A stretch of 64,000 nt of DNA, from positions 3,392,001 to 3,456,000 of the forward strand of contig CBDCJH010000002.1 in NCBI GenBank assembly GCA_965217775.1, given 5' to 3'. Under the pieces are notes generated by a model. It was given only the letters and a program-made list of their open reading frames with translations. It did no database searches and was not told the origin of the DNA. The stretch comes from Acidobacteriota bacterium (GTDB taxonomy: Bacteria; Acidobacteriota; UBA6911; RPQK01; JAJDTT01). Position 1 is the stretch's first letter; every line of letters begins with the position of its first letter. The position numbers and the translations under genes are program-made. This document shows, one piece after another, positions 20,186 to 30,466 of the stretch.

Positions 20186-23100
20186 GTGCTTCCCGTGAGC
20201 GCGTGGTTCGCCCTGATTGCGGTTTTGCTTTTGTCCATGCCGGCGCTTGCCCAGAACCGGGCGACGACCGCCGAGATCACCGGCCGGGTCGAAGACGCCA
20301 CCGGCGGCGTGTTGCCCGGCGGCACGGTGACCGTCGTCAACCTCGACAACGGCCTGACCCGCTCCGCCGTGTCCGACGGTACGGGCGCCTACAGTGTCAT
20401 GCTGCTGCCCCCCGGCCGGTATGACGTCCGCGCCGAGCTGCCAGGCTTCAGCGCCGGAAAGCTCGACAAGGTGACCATGACCGTCGGCGCCAGCCGGACC
20501 ATCAACTTCGCCCTCCAGCCCGAGGGCGTGGCGGAGGAGGTCACGGTGACCGCGCAGACCTCGGCCGTCGAAACCACCACCGATACGTCCGACGTCACGC
20601 TCGACCGCCAGGCCATCTCGAACCTGCCGATCAACGGGCGGCGGTTCCACGATTTCGTCTCCTTGACGCCGACCGCGCAGGTCGAGCCTCAGCGCGGACA
20701 GATTTCCCTGGCCGGACAGCGCGGCATCAACGGCAACATCAGCATTGACGGCGTCGACTACAACCAACCGTTTTTCGGCGGCATCCGCGGGGGCGAGCGT
20801 TCGCAGTTCACGTTCACGATTCCCCAAGAGGCGATCCGGGAGTTCCGGGTCGTCAAGGCGGGCTACTCGCCCGAGTTCGGCCGGTCGACCGGTGGGATCG
20901 TCAACGCCATCACCGAGTCGGGAACCAACGCCACCCACGGGTCGGCGTTCTACCTCCTGCGGCCCGAGCAGTTCGCGGCGCGCAACGCGTTCGGCCAGGA
21001 GGCGGCGCCGACGCAACACCAGTTCGGCGGGTCCCTGGGCGGCCCGCTTGTCCGAGACCGGGTGTTCTACTTCGCCGCCTATGAGCAACAGGAGTTCAAG
21101 GCGCCGCGCGAGGTGCGCTTCGCGCGGCTCGACGGCTTCACTCCGACGCCGGGCAGCCGGGAAGGCTACGACCACTATCGGGGCCTCGAGACCCCGTTCG
21201 AGGTGACCAACGACGCCAGAGCATGGCTGGGGCGCGTCGACGTCAACCTGCCGCGGGGGAACCGCTTGAACGTCCGTTACAACGGCAGCGCCAACCGGGC
21301 CCTCAACTCCGACGGCGTCGGGGGCGTCATCACTCCGACCACCTCTCGCTCCCTCGAAACGAACGGCACGGAGGAGGACTCGACGCAGACGGCAGTCGGC
21401 CAGTTCATGAGCGCTCCGTCATCCAACCTCCTGTTCGAGCTGCGCGGGCAATATTCGCGGGAGGATCGGCCGCGTTCGGCTAATGCTCTCAAGCCGCTCG
21501 TCGATCTGTCGCTCGGAGAATTCGGGACCCGCAGCTTCCGTCCGACGACACAATTCGACTGGCGGGCGCAGGCAGGCGGCAACCTGACCTGGCTCGCCGG
21601 GGCGCACGGCGTGAAGGCGGGCTTCGACTACAACCACGTCTTCATCGACCAGACGTTCGGCTTCTTCCAGAACGGCGGCTATCTCGTCTTCGGATCCGAT
21701 GTCGAGACGACGCTGGACATCATCGGCGGCGGCGGCGCCATTCCGAACCGGTTCGACTCGCGGTCGCTGACTTACCTTCAGCAGATCGGCAATCTGAAGA
21801 CGTCGTTCGCGACCGACGAGATCGGACTGTTCGTGCAGGACGAGTGGCGCGCGGCGCCGACCCTGACGGTCAACTACGGCCTGCGCTGGGACGGGCAGTT
21901 CAATCCGGCCCCGGACGCCGACAACGACATGCTGCTCGGTCAACTGCGCGGCGTCACCTTCCCCATCGGCCGCACGGTCGACCCGACGAAAATTCCGAGC
22001 AGCAGTCTGCAGTTCGGTCCGCGGGCCGGCTTCGCGTGGGATCCGACCGGCGGCGCGAAGACGGTGGTGAGGGGGTTCGCCGGCATCTACTACGCGCGGA
22101 CCCCGCTTCTGCTCCTGGCCGGTCCGATGAACAACTTCCGCGTGCCGCCCGGTGACGTGACGGTGGCCCTGCCGTTCCGCGTCCCGCCGGAGAATCCGAA
22201 CGACACCCTGTACGAGCAGATGAAGCTGATCGGGATCGATCTCAACGAGCGCACGCTCGACAGGCTGCCGACGCTCACGCCGGACCAGATGACGGCCATC
22301 GCGACCGCGCTCGGAATCGACAACAACCCGTTCGCCGGCGCCCGCGTCACCATGATTCAGGAGGACTTCAGGAACCCGATGGCCAGACAGGTTGGGGCCG
22401 GCGTGCAGCACGAGATCAGCCCCGGCTGGTCGCTGGGCGCCGACGTGCTCGTCGTCGACACCATCCGCCTGGAACGCAACCGCGACCTCAACGTACCGCT
22501 ACCGACCGTGCGGCGCGACGATCCCGCGCAACGGCCGTTCTTCGGCCTGCGGAGCGGGACGGCGCGACCGGTTCCGGGACTCGACAGTGTGACGGTCCGC
22601 GAGTCGACCGCGTCGGCGCTCTACCGTGCGCTGACGGTCCGCTCGGAGATCCGCCGCCCCTGGGGACAGTTCAACGCCTACTACGTGCTGTCGAAGAACG
22701 AGTCCAACGACGACAACGAACGGTGGGCGGGGGGAGTGTCTTACGAGAACGGGTACGACCTGGCCTCAGAATACGGTCCGAGCACGCTCGATCGCCGGCA
22801 CCAGTTCCACGTGACCGGCGTGGTCATGCTGCCCGGCGCCGTCGACTTCTCGACCGGGATGTACATCCTCTCGGGCGCACCGTTCGACGCGCGCATGGGC
22901 ACGGATTCGAACCAGGATCGGGGCGGCGCCGACCGTCCCCTCAGCGCACCCGGCGTGCCGTTCACCCGAAACGCGTTCCGCGACGAACCGATTGCCGACA
23001 TCAACCTTCGGGTGCAAAAGCGATTCTCGCTCGGCGGGACCCGGCAGGCACTCGTATCGCTGGAGTTCTTCAACCTCTTCAACCGCGACAACGTCACGCT

Positions 23101-23284
23101 CAACCAGGGTTTCTCCACCGTTGCCAACTACTGCGCCAGTTCGCGCGACTTGGCCTGTGGCCTGGGCGGACGGCCGTCGAACCTCAACTTCGCCCAGACC
23201 CGCGGCGGAGACGGCGAGTATCTGACAGGGAACATCCCGGGACCGCCCTTACAGATGCAGATCGGCTTCCGGCTGCTGTTTTGA
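20186..23284 (+). CDS. TonB-dependent receptor (Oar-like, N-terminal carboxypeptidase-regulatory-like domain)
   Basis: AGGAGGA RBS plus GTG; signal peptide; ITGRVED.TG.VLPG, NLPINGRRF, EFGRSTGG.VNAIT.SGTN, terminal aromatic QIGFRLLF. Confidence 0.93.
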   Translation: MLPVSAWFALIAVLLLSMPALAQNRATTAEITGRVEDATGGVLPGGTVTVVNLDNGLTRSAVSDGTGAYSVMLLPPGRYDVRAELPGFSAGKLDKVTMTVGASRTINFALQPEGVAEEVTVTAQTSAVETTTDTSDVTLDRQAISNLPINGRRFHDFVSLTPTAQVEPQRGQISLAGQRGINGNISIDGVDYNQPFFGGIRGGERSQFTFTIPQEAIREFRVVKAGYSPEFGRSTGGIVNAITESGTNATHGSAFYLLRPEQFAARNAFGQEAAPTQHQFGGSLGGPLVRDRVFYFAAYEQQEFKAPREVRFARLDGFTPTPGSREGYDHYRGLETPFEVTNDARAWLGRVDVNLPRGNRLNVRYNGSANRALNSDGVGGVITPTTSRSLETNGTEEDSTQTAVGQFMSAPSSNLLFELRGQYSREDRPRSANALKPLVDLSLGEFGTRSFRPTTQFDWRAQAGGNLTWLAGAHGVKAGFDYNHVFIDQTFGFFQNGGYLVFGSDVETTLDIIGGGGAIPNRFDSRSLTYLQQIGNLKTSFATDEIGLFVQDEWRAAPTLTVNYGLRWDGQFNPAPDADNDMLLGQLRGVTFPIGRTVDPTKIPSSSLQFGPRAGFAWDPTGGAKTVVRGFAGIYYARTPLLLLAGPMNNFRVPPGDVTVALPFRVPPENPNDTLYEQMKLIGIDLNERTLDRLPTLTPDQMTAIATALGIDNNPFAGARVTMIQEDFRNPMARQVGAGVQHEISPGWSLGADVLVVDTIRLERNRDLNVPLPTVRRDDPAQRPFFGLRSGTARPVPGLDSVTVRESTASALYRALTVRSEIRRPWGQFNAYYVLSKNESNDDNERWAGGVSYENGYDLASEYGPSTLDRRHQFHVTGVVMLPGAVDFSTGMYILSGAPFDARMGTDSNQDRGGADRPLSAPGVPFTRNAFRDEPIADINLRVQKRFSLGGTRQALVSLEFFNLFNRDNVTLNQGFSTVANYCASSRDLACGLGGRPSNLNFAQTRGGDGEYLTGNIPGPPLQMQIGFRLLF

Positions 23285-23285
23285 T

Positions 23286-23636
23286 GAGAGAAGCCCGGAC
23301 TTGGTCTCGGTGGCGCGACTACGGAACGAGGAGACTCGAAAGGTGCGATTCGGATCGTGCAAGCGGAATCCGAGGGAGCACGACGACGATTCTCTGGCGT
23401 CGTTTCGCCGACATGTGAAGCGCTTCCTCCGGACGGACGAAGGAAGGCGATTCTCGGACTGGGACCAGGAGTGGGCGCTCTACAGTCCCCGCTTCCCGCC
23501 CAATCAGCGGGACCGCCTGGAGACCGACGGATGGATCTGCCGCGACTTGTTGGACTTTCGGAATCGGTTGGGCAGGAGGGACGCCGGAGCGACCGGGGTG
23601 CTCGGCGTTTCGGAAAAGGTCGCCGGGAGAGACTGA
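23286..23636 (+). pseudogene. 5'-truncated remnant, possibly the PD-(D/E)XK-like (DUF234-type) C-terminus of an ATPase
   Basis: PDLVSVA...NEETRKVRFGSCKRNP resembles the 'DLVA.NE....IRFGSCKR' motif; begins right at the TonB gene stop with no convincing start. Confidence 0.35.
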
Positions 23637-23797
23637 TGGACGCGACCAGCAACGACGGGAGGCTCACGGTCGTCAACGGGAACTGGGGCCGGGCGAGTCT
23701 GGCTTCGATACTGGCCGTCCTCGAATCGGCATACCGGATGCTGACGTCGGCCTTCGGCGTCAGACCGAACGCGCCAGCGCCAAGTACGTCGGGCTAA
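23636..23797 (+). pseudogene. 3'-truncated N-terminal fragment of a hypothetical protein
   Basis: GGAGAG RBS plus ATG; MDATSNDGRLTVVNGNWGRASLASILAVLESAYRML then an early stop. Confidence 0.35.
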
Positions 23798-24016
23798 TTT
23801 CTTGCGCTCGACACCGGCCAAACGGCGGACCGACACACCGGTCTCCTGGTCTCGGCAACAGTCCTCTTCGGCGACCCACGAGGTTGGCTCCCGAGCCGAA
23901 AAGCCGGGAGCTTGCCCCAATGATGCTCGACGCGAGAGCGTTTCTCGTATTGAATCCCATGATGTGACTTCACTCGCGTTCAATGCAGGATAGCGCCGTA
24001 CGGAAGTCCCGAGGAC

Positions 24017-27000
24017 GTGCAAAACGCCAAGCTTCCTGACGATCTGAGACTGATCACGCTGAAGTATGGCGGTGATTGCCGGGCCTGCGGGACGGAACTG
24101 CCGCCCGGCGGTCGGGCGCACTGGTCGCCTTCGTCAAGCGCGGTCTGGTGCCATCGATGCTTTCTGGAATGGAACGGGTCAACGGAGCCTGACACCGCAA
24201 AGAACACTTCCCAGGAGCAATGGGCACGGCTCTGCAGGTATCTGAGCAAGTGCGTTCTTGCCGAGGCGGCCAATACGCTGGCGCGTTTTCGGGATCGGAG
24301 CAGAAACTGGTTTCCGCACGACGGTCGATCGGAGCTTCTGGTCACCGGCCTGCGAGACTCGATACCCGTTCCCGTAGCGCTGCGCAGGCATCTCGACCAA
24401 AGAAACGATTTCTCGTACATCTACGGATGGCCGACGCTGGTCGCGAAGAATCAGAGGAACCATCCGATGATCGCTCCCCTGTTCGTGGTGCCTGTCCGTC
24501 CCGAACGGCGCCACGGCGTGTGGGTCGTCGATGCCAAGTCTGAACCCGAGTTGAATCTTTCGATCGTGGCCGGGGACCTGTTCGATCTGGCCATGAAGGA
24601 TGAGATCGACGCCGTTGTGGACGACGAATTGCCGTTCGGCGACGCATCGGCTCTTGCGCGCGTGGCGCGGGAGATCGCCGGCGTTCTCAACCTCAGGATC
24701 GTCTCCGGTCTCGAGCCGGAAGCGCTGAGACCGTGCCACGGCGCCCTGGGCTTGCACAACGCCGCGGTCTGGATCCTGGCCGACGAGGGCCGTTATGCGC
24801 ACCGATCCCTTCTGAACGAACTCGAGAAGCTGGCTTTTCGACGCGATTGGACGAAGACGGCGGCGGCATGCCTTGTCCCCGCACGATCGAGCATCGGGAA
24901 ACCCGCACGCCAGCCGCCGAAGAAGGACACGGCCGCTCCGCTTCCCTGCAACGGCTCACAGGAACTCACCCTCGAACGTCTCCGGCGAGAACCGTTGACC
25001 GTCGTGACCGGTCCTCCAGGAACGGGCAAGACCCAACTGGTCGTGAACGCAGTCGCAAACGCCTGGCTCGACAAAGAGACGGTGCTCGTGGCGTCGACGA
25101 ACAACGGCGCGGTTGACGTGGCTGTCGATCGGGCCGGAAAGATCGGTGAGGGAATGCTGCTTCGGACGGGGAATCGCCGTCACGTGGAGAAGCTGATGGA
25201 TCAGATTCCGGCGTTGCTGGGCTCCGTCGGCGAGGCGCCAGGCGATCCCTGGGAAGACTTCGAAAGCGAGGCGCGGGCTCGCGCGGAACTCGCGCGGACG
25301 GCCGGTCGCCGAACGCGCCTGCTAGCGGATCTGACCGAAGTGGCTGACCTGAACCGGAAGCTCACCGCGATTGTGGAACGTCTGGAGGAACTCGCCCGCG
25401 AGATCTGGCGGAATCGGGTGCGCGTACCCAACTTGGCTCTCGCTTCCAGAATCGTCCGTCGTTGGAGCCGCCGCAGACCGTCCTTCAGCCGGTGGCTGCT
25501 TCTGCTCAAGTTGACGGGATGCGGAAAGTCAAGCCCACGTTCCGAGCTTCTCACTCGCTGGACAGAAATCGATCGCCAGCGGACCCGACTGACGACCCTG
25601 CTGTCGAATCTGGAGACCCGGATCGGAGATCCCGACACCAGCCTGCCCCGCGCCGACAAGGACTGGGCCGACGCCAGCATGGCGGCAGCGAAAACCGTGA
25701 TCCGCACCGGCGTCGTCAACGGAAAGCCAGCCCTCAACGCGTTGAACCGCGTCCCGCCGGCAGGGCCGAAAATCATGGGAGCGATCCGTGACAGCCTGAC
25801 ACATGCGCGCGGCTGGGCCTGTACGGCACTTTCGATGAAAAGGAATTTCCGTCTCGAAGGCGGGCTCTTCGACCTCGTGATCATCGACGAGGCGAGCCAG
25901 TGCAGCCTCGCCACGGCATTACCGCTCGCCTATCGCGCGAAACGCCTCGCCGTGATCGGGGACCCGAACCAACTGAATCCGATCGTCACGCTCTCTGATG
26001 GCTGGCTGCGACGGATCGCCGAGAGTGAAGACTTCGAAGACGGCGACCTCTTGCGCCGTGGCATTCAGCATAAGGAAGGCTCAGCCTACCGCGCCTTCGA
26101 GCATGCCGGCCGACGGGCCTCCCAACAACCGATCGTGCTGGACGAGCACTACCGCAGCCACCCCATGATCGCCAGATGGTTCAATAACGAGTTCTACCAC
26201 GGAGAACTCACCGTCCTGACCGACGTCGCCAAGATGCCGCACAATGAACGAAGCATCGGATGGGTCGACGTCTTGGGCAAAGCCCGCAGGGGCCGGGCTG
26301 GGAGCTGGACGAACGTCGCGGAAGCCGAGTACACCGTTCGTCAATTGGCGAATCTGGTAAGCAACGCCGATGGTAGCGCCGGCGTCGTGACGCCGTTCGC
26401 GGCACAGGCACAGTTGATCCGTCGCTTGGCGCGCCAACGCCTTGGCGAGGAGCGTCTGGCAGACGCCGATTTCGTGTGCGGAACGGCGCATCGGTTCCAG
26501 GGTGGCGAAAAAGACACGATCGTCTTCTCGGCCGTGCTGACGCCCGGTATCTCGACGCGTACCGCGGCCTGGGTGGAACGGGAACGGAATTTGATCAACG
26601 TGGCAGTCAGCCGCGCCTGCAGGTCGCTGCTGGTCCTGGGCCACCCGGAAATCGCCACCGCGGGGAGTCGCACGCTGGCCTCGTTGCGTGAATATATTTG
26701 CAAGTCTATGACCCATGACGACGTTCCGAGTCTTGAAGCGGGTAAGTTCCGGACCGACAGCCGGGCCGAGGCGCGATTGCTCGACGCAATGCGCAGTGCC
26801 GGATTCCAGCCCTGCGCCAAACAGTTCATCCAGGGGTATGAACTCGACTTCGCGCTGTTCGAGCGGGGATTGTGGCTGAACGTCGAGGTCGACGGTGACC
26901 ATCACATCGACGACCGAGGCAAACGCCGACGTCAGGACATCGTCCGCGACCGAGTGCTGGTCGGGATCGGTTGGGACGTCTTGCGAATTCCGGCGTGGCG

Positions 27001-27067
27001 CTGCGCCTGGGACATCGACTGGGCGATTCGCAAAATTCGGAAGCAGGTTGAAACCATGCGACAGTGA
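24017..27067 (+). CDS. SF1 (DNA2/Upf1-like, AAA_11/AAA_12) helicase with N-terminal Zn-ribbon and C-terminal DUF559/Vsr-like endonuclease
   Basis: GPPGTGKT, IIDEASQ, GDPNQL, EHYRSHP, HRFQGGEKD, NVAVSRA; CRAC..CHRC; DFAL...EVDGDHH...D..RD..L...GW.VLR. Confidence 0.88.
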   Translation: MQNAKLPDDLRLITLKYGGDCRACGTELPPGGRAHWSPSSSAVWCHRCFLEWNGSTEPDTAKNTSQEQWARLCRYLSKCVLAEAANTLARFRDRSRNWFPHDGRSELLVTGLRDSIPVPVALRRHLDQRNDFSYIYGWPTLVAKNQRNHPMIAPLFVVPVRPERRHGVWVVDAKSEPELNLSIVAGDLFDLAMKDEIDAVVDDELPFGDASALARVAREIAGVLNLRIVSGLEPEALRPCHGALGLHNAAVWILADEGRYAHRSLLNELEKLAFRRDWTKTAAACLVPARSSIGKPARQPPKKDTAAPLPCNGSQELTLERLRREPLTVVTGPPGTGKTQLVVNAVANAWLDKETVLVASTNNGAVDVAVDRAGKIGEGMLLRTGNRRHVEKLMDQIPALLGSVGEAPGDPWEDFESEARARAELARTAGRRTRLLADLTEVADLNRKLTAIVERLEELAREIWRNRVRVPNLALASRIVRRWSRRRPSFSRWLLLLKLTGCGKSSPRSELLTRWTEIDRQRTRLTTLLSNLETRIGDPDTSLPRADKDWADASMAAAKTVIRTGVVNGKPALNALNRVPPAGPKIMGAIRDSLTHARGWACTALSMKRNFRLEGGLFDLVIIDEASQCSLATALPLAYRAKRLAVIGDPNQLNPIVTLSDGWLRRIAESEDFEDGDLLRRGIQHKEGSAYRAFEHAGRRASQQPIVLDEHYRSHPMIARWFNNEFYHGELTVLTDVAKMPHNERSIGWVDVLGKARRGRAGSWTNVAEAEYTVRQLANLVSNADGSAGVVTPFAAQAQLIRRLARQRLGEERLADADFVCGTAHRFQGGEKDTIVFSAVLTPGISTRTAAWVERERNLINVAVSRACRSLLVLGHPEIATAGSRTLASLREYICKSMTHDDVPSLEAGKFRTDSRAEARLLDAMRSAGFQPCAKQFIQGYELDFALFERGLWLNVEVDGDHHIDDRGKRRRQDIVRDRVLVGIGWDVLRIPAWRCAWDIDWAIRKIRKQVETMRQ

Positions 27068-27317
27068 AGATCTCAAGGAACTACGGGACTGAGCATATGG
27101 ATTGCCTGGTCCAAGAGGCACAAGGCGCGATGAGGAAAAGAAAACCCCAGTTGAGTCAGGAGCGGACCCGTTGACTGCGGGGGCCTTCTACTTGGGGACA
27201 CTCAAGGGGGTGGACAAGGGCAATTTGCCGTTGCTCGCCCATCACGATCCGAGTTGGGCCGGAATAACTGCGCAACGCAGTCCGCAACCTCTTTGAAACT
27301 GCGTCCTTGACACCAAC

Positions 27318-28787
27318 TTAATCACCGCCAAACCAGCGGGAACTGACGACCTTCTGCTCGGTGTAGAAGTTCACTCCGTCCCGGCCATGGGCATGCAGGT
27401 CACCGAAAAAGGAACCTCTCCACCCGGAAAAGGAGAAAAAGGCCAGGGGCACCGGAACTCCCACGTTGATTCCCACCATCCCGACCTGAACCCGGTTCTG
27501 GTACTCCCGGGCCGCCCACCCGCTCTCGGTGAAAATCGCGGTGCCGTTGCCGAACCGGTTGGCGTTGACCACCTCGATCGCCTCATCCAGGTCCTCTGCC
27601 TGGATGACGCAGAGAACGGGTCCGAAGATCTCGTCCTGGTAGATCTGCATCTTCGGTGAGACCCTCTCGAAGATACTGGGGCCCAGAAAAAATCCCGACA
27701 GACCCTCGACTCCGCTGTGGCAGCGGCCGTCCAGAGCGAGTTGGGCCCCTTCATCCAGTCCGGTCTCAATGTATTCCAGCACCCGGTCCCGGTGAGGTCC
27801 GGAGATCAACGGTCCCAGTTGACTGCCACCGTCGGCGGCGGCCCCCAGCCGCATCGACTCCGCACGGGCCTTGACCTTCTCCAACAGAGGTTCGTGAACC
27901 TCGCCCACGGTCACCACCGCGCTGATGGCCATGCACCGTTCCCCGGCAGACCCGAAGGCGGAACCGATGATGGCGTCGGCCGTCTTGTCCAGGTTGCAGT
28001 CGGGCATGGCCACCAGGTGGTTCTTGGCGCCGGCCAATGCCTGAACCCGCTTTCCGGCCATGCTGGCCGCCTCATAGACATAGCGGGCCACGGGAGCCGA
28101 GCCGACGAAGGAAACGGCCCGGACGTCCGTGTTCTCCACCAACGCCTCCACCGCTTCCCGGTCCCCCTGGACGACGTTGAAGACACCGGGAGGCAATCCG
28201 GCCTCCGCGAACAACTCCGCGAGGCGCAGGGCGGCGCCCGGCACCTTCTCGGACGGCTTCAGAACGAAAGTGTTGCCGCAGGCGATGGCGACGGGATAGA
28301 GCCACATGGGCACCATGGCGGGAAAGTTGAAGGGGGTGATCCCGGCACACACGCCCAGCGGCTGCCGGAAACTGGCGCAATCCAGACCCCTGGAGACGTT
28401 CTCCACCGTCGAGCCCTGGATCAGGGTGGACATGCCGCAGGCGAACTCCACCACCTCGATGCCTCGCCGAACCGACCCTCGCGCTTCCTCCGGGATCTTG
28501 CCGTTCTCCCGGGAGATCCAATCGGCCACCTCCTCCAGATGTTCTTCCAGGAGCTGCTTGTAACGGAACAGGGTCCGGCAGCGCTCCACCACCGGCGTGT
28601 CGCGCCAGCCGGGGAAGGCTGCGGCGGACGAAGCGATCACCTCGTCGACTTCCGCCCTGGTCGCGAAGGGGACATGGGCCAGAAGTTCTCCGGATCCCGG
28701 GTTTCGCAACTCTCCGCACCGAGAGGAGTTCAAGGGGGCCCGAACCCCGTTCACGAACGAATCGACTCGAGGAACACTGTGCTGCAT
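27318..28787 (-). CDS. mmsA: CoA-acylating (methyl)malonate-semialdehyde dehydrogenase
   Basis: ITPFNFPAMVP, LKPSEK, GAKNH, GSAGERCMA, EIFGP. Confidence 0.93.
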   Translation of the reverse strand: MQHSVPRVDSFVNGVRAPLNSSRCGELRNPGSGELLAHVPFATRAEVDEVIASSAAAFPGWRDTPVVERCRTLFRYKQLLEEHLEEVADWISRENGKIPEEARGSVRRGIEVVEFACGMSTLIQGSTVENVSRGLDCASFRQPLGVCAGITPFNFPAMVPMWLYPVAIACGNTFVLKPSEKVPGAALRLAELFAEAGLPPGVFNVVQGDREAVEALVENTDVRAVSFVGSAPVARYVYEAASMAGKRVQALAGAKNHLVAMPDCNLDKTADAIIGSAFGSAGERCMAISAVVTVGEVHEPLLEKVKARAESMRLGAAADGGSQLGPLISGPHRDRVLEYIETGLDEGAQLALDGRCHSGVEGLSGFFLGPSIFERVSPKMQIYQDEIFGPVLCVIQAEDLDEAIEVVNANRFGNGTAIFTESGWAAREYQNRVQVGMVGINVGVPVPLAFFSFSGWRGSFFGDLHAHGRDGVNFYTEQKVVSSRWFGGD

Positions 28788-28874
28788 CTTTCCCACCTGT
28801 ATCAGTGGACGCCTGGAGACGGTCCGATTGAAACTTGAAAACGGGTCCCGGATCTCCGAGAATGAATCCCACTC

Positions 28875-29825
28875 ATGGGCACCGTCAGAGAAATTTCGGA
28901 AGAGATGGAGATCTTCTCCAAATACTTGAAAGAACGGGGCCTACGCATGACCCACCAACGCCGGAAGGTGGTGCAGAGCTTCCTCCAGACCAGCGGCCAC
29001 GTGAGCATAGATGAGCTACATCAACTGGTCAAGCAGAGTGACCGGCGGATCGGGGCGGCGACGGTCTTTCGCACGCTCAAGGCTTTGACCGCCTGTGGCT
29101 TGGCCCGGGAGGTGGATCTGCACGACGGGCGGACCCGCTTCGAGCCGCAGTACAAGCGGCCCCATCACCACCACATGGTGTGCGTCGAATGCCACAGCAC
29201 CATCGAGTTCCTGAGTCCCGAACTGGAGCAGGTCCAGTCCCGCATCGTGTCCAACTATGGCTTCAATCCGGTCCAACAACAGTTGCAGATCTACGGAGTC
29301 TGTGAAGAGTGCCAGAACCGGATCGAGACCCACCCGGAACCGGTGAGTTCCGATCGGGTCTTTGCCCGGGATGCCTTGAAGATCGCCATAGCGACGGAAA
29401 AACGGGGTGTCAACTTCTACGGCACCGCCTCTGAATTGGTGACCCATGCCTTGACCAAATCCACCTTTCTCAGAATGCTGGAGGACGAGGAAGGCCATCT
29501 GAAGCAGCTTCAGGCGCAATGGGATCGTCTGGTTGCCGAGGATGAGGGGGTGCTGAACGCGCCGGTCTTCCTGGATTTCGACTTCGACTCCCTGAAACAG
29601 ATCTTCCCCGGCAGGGACCAGATCAAGGCCCGACTCAAGGAAAATCTGACTGCAGCCGAGGCCTTGAAGATCGCCATGAAGATGGAGAAGGACGCGTACG
29701 ACTTCTTCCACGACTATGCCGAAAAGTTCGGGGACACCCAGGGCAAGGAGATTTTTCTGAAGTTCGCCGACGAAGAGTGGGAGCACTTCACCGAGATCCG
29801 CAGGGAATACGAAGCCCTGACCTGA
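28875..29825 (+). CDS. Fur-family regulator fused to a rubrerythrin/ferritin-like domain
   Basis: MTHQR, ATVFRTL, HHHHMVCVEC, CEEC; then AIATE..G..FY, EDEEGH, AMKMEK.AY.FF, DEEWEH. Confidence 0.85.
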   Translation: MGTVREISEEMEIFSKYLKERGLRMTHQRRKVVQSFLQTSGHVSIDELHQLVKQSDRRIGAATVFRTLKALTACGLAREVDLHDGRTRFEPQYKRPHHHHMVCVECHSTIEFLSPELEQVQSRIVSNYGFNPVQQQLQIYGVCEECQNRIETHPEPVSSDRVFARDALKIAIATEKRGVNFYGTASELVTHALTKSTFLRMLEDEEGHLKQLQAQWDRLVAEDEGVLNAPVFLDFDFDSLKQIFPGRDQIKARLKENLTAAEALKIAMKMEKDAYDFFHDYAEKFGDTQGKEIFLKFADEEWEHFTEIRREYEALT

Positions 29826-29884
29826 CGACCCCTGGCAGAAGCCGTCACGGCATTCGACGATCAATCTTAGACGGAGGCTAGTCG

Positions 29885-30466
29885 ATGCGATGCCGACTGG
29901 AGGGCGGGGTCCTGGAATTGGTCCAGGGGGACATCACCCTCCAGCAGGTGGACGCCATCGTCAACGCCGCCAACCGGCGGCTGGCGGGTGGAGGAGGGGT
30001 GGACGGCGCCATTCACCGGCGCGGCGGGTCTGCCATCATGGAGGAGACCCGGCGCCGGTATCCCGAGGGCTGCCCCACCGGTCAAGCGGTCATCACTGCG
30101 GCCGGAGAACTTCCGAGCCGTTTCGTCATACATGCGGTGGGACCGGTCTGGAGAGGCGGGAACAACGGCGAGCCCGCTCTGCTGGCCTCCGCCTACCGCC
30201 ACTGCCTGGCGCTGGCGGTGGCCAACGATTGCCGGAGCATCGGCTTCCCTTCCCTTTCCACGGGTGCCTACCGTTACCCGGTGTCCAGGGCCGCCCGGAC
30301 CGCCCTCTCCGCCGTCATTGAGTTTTTGGAGGAACGCGAGGCCCCGGAACTGGTCCGCTTCGTCCTCTTCGATGAGGCCACTTATCGAGCATACGCCGGC
30401 ACCCTGGGCGAGAAGACTGGCGTCAGCGGATCTGGAAGGAGTAGAGGTCCGCGTTCTTCAGGATGA
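29885..30466 (+). CDS. Macro-domain O-acetyl-ADP-ribose deacetylase (YmdB-like)
   Basis: GDIT, DAIVNAAN, GGGGVDGAIH, VIHAVGP, FPSLSTGAY. Confidence 0.93.
   Translation: MRCRLEGGVLELVQGDITLQQVDAIVNAANRRLAGGGGVDGAIHRRGGSAIMEETRRRYPEGCPTGQAVITAAGELPSRFVIHAVGPVWRGGNNGEPALLASAYRHCLALAVANDCRSIGFPSLSTGAYRYPVSRAARTALSAVIEFLEEREAPELVRFVLFDEATYRAYAGTLGEKTGVSGSGRSRGPRSSG

Noticed and set aside
23845-23870. Possible IS end (TCGGCAACAGTCCT) after the truncated gene
   Set aside because: No clear partner repeat or target duplication
29885-30466. Macro domain as a DarG-type antitoxin
   Set aside because: Standalone YmdB-like size, no adjacent DarT, and outside the island
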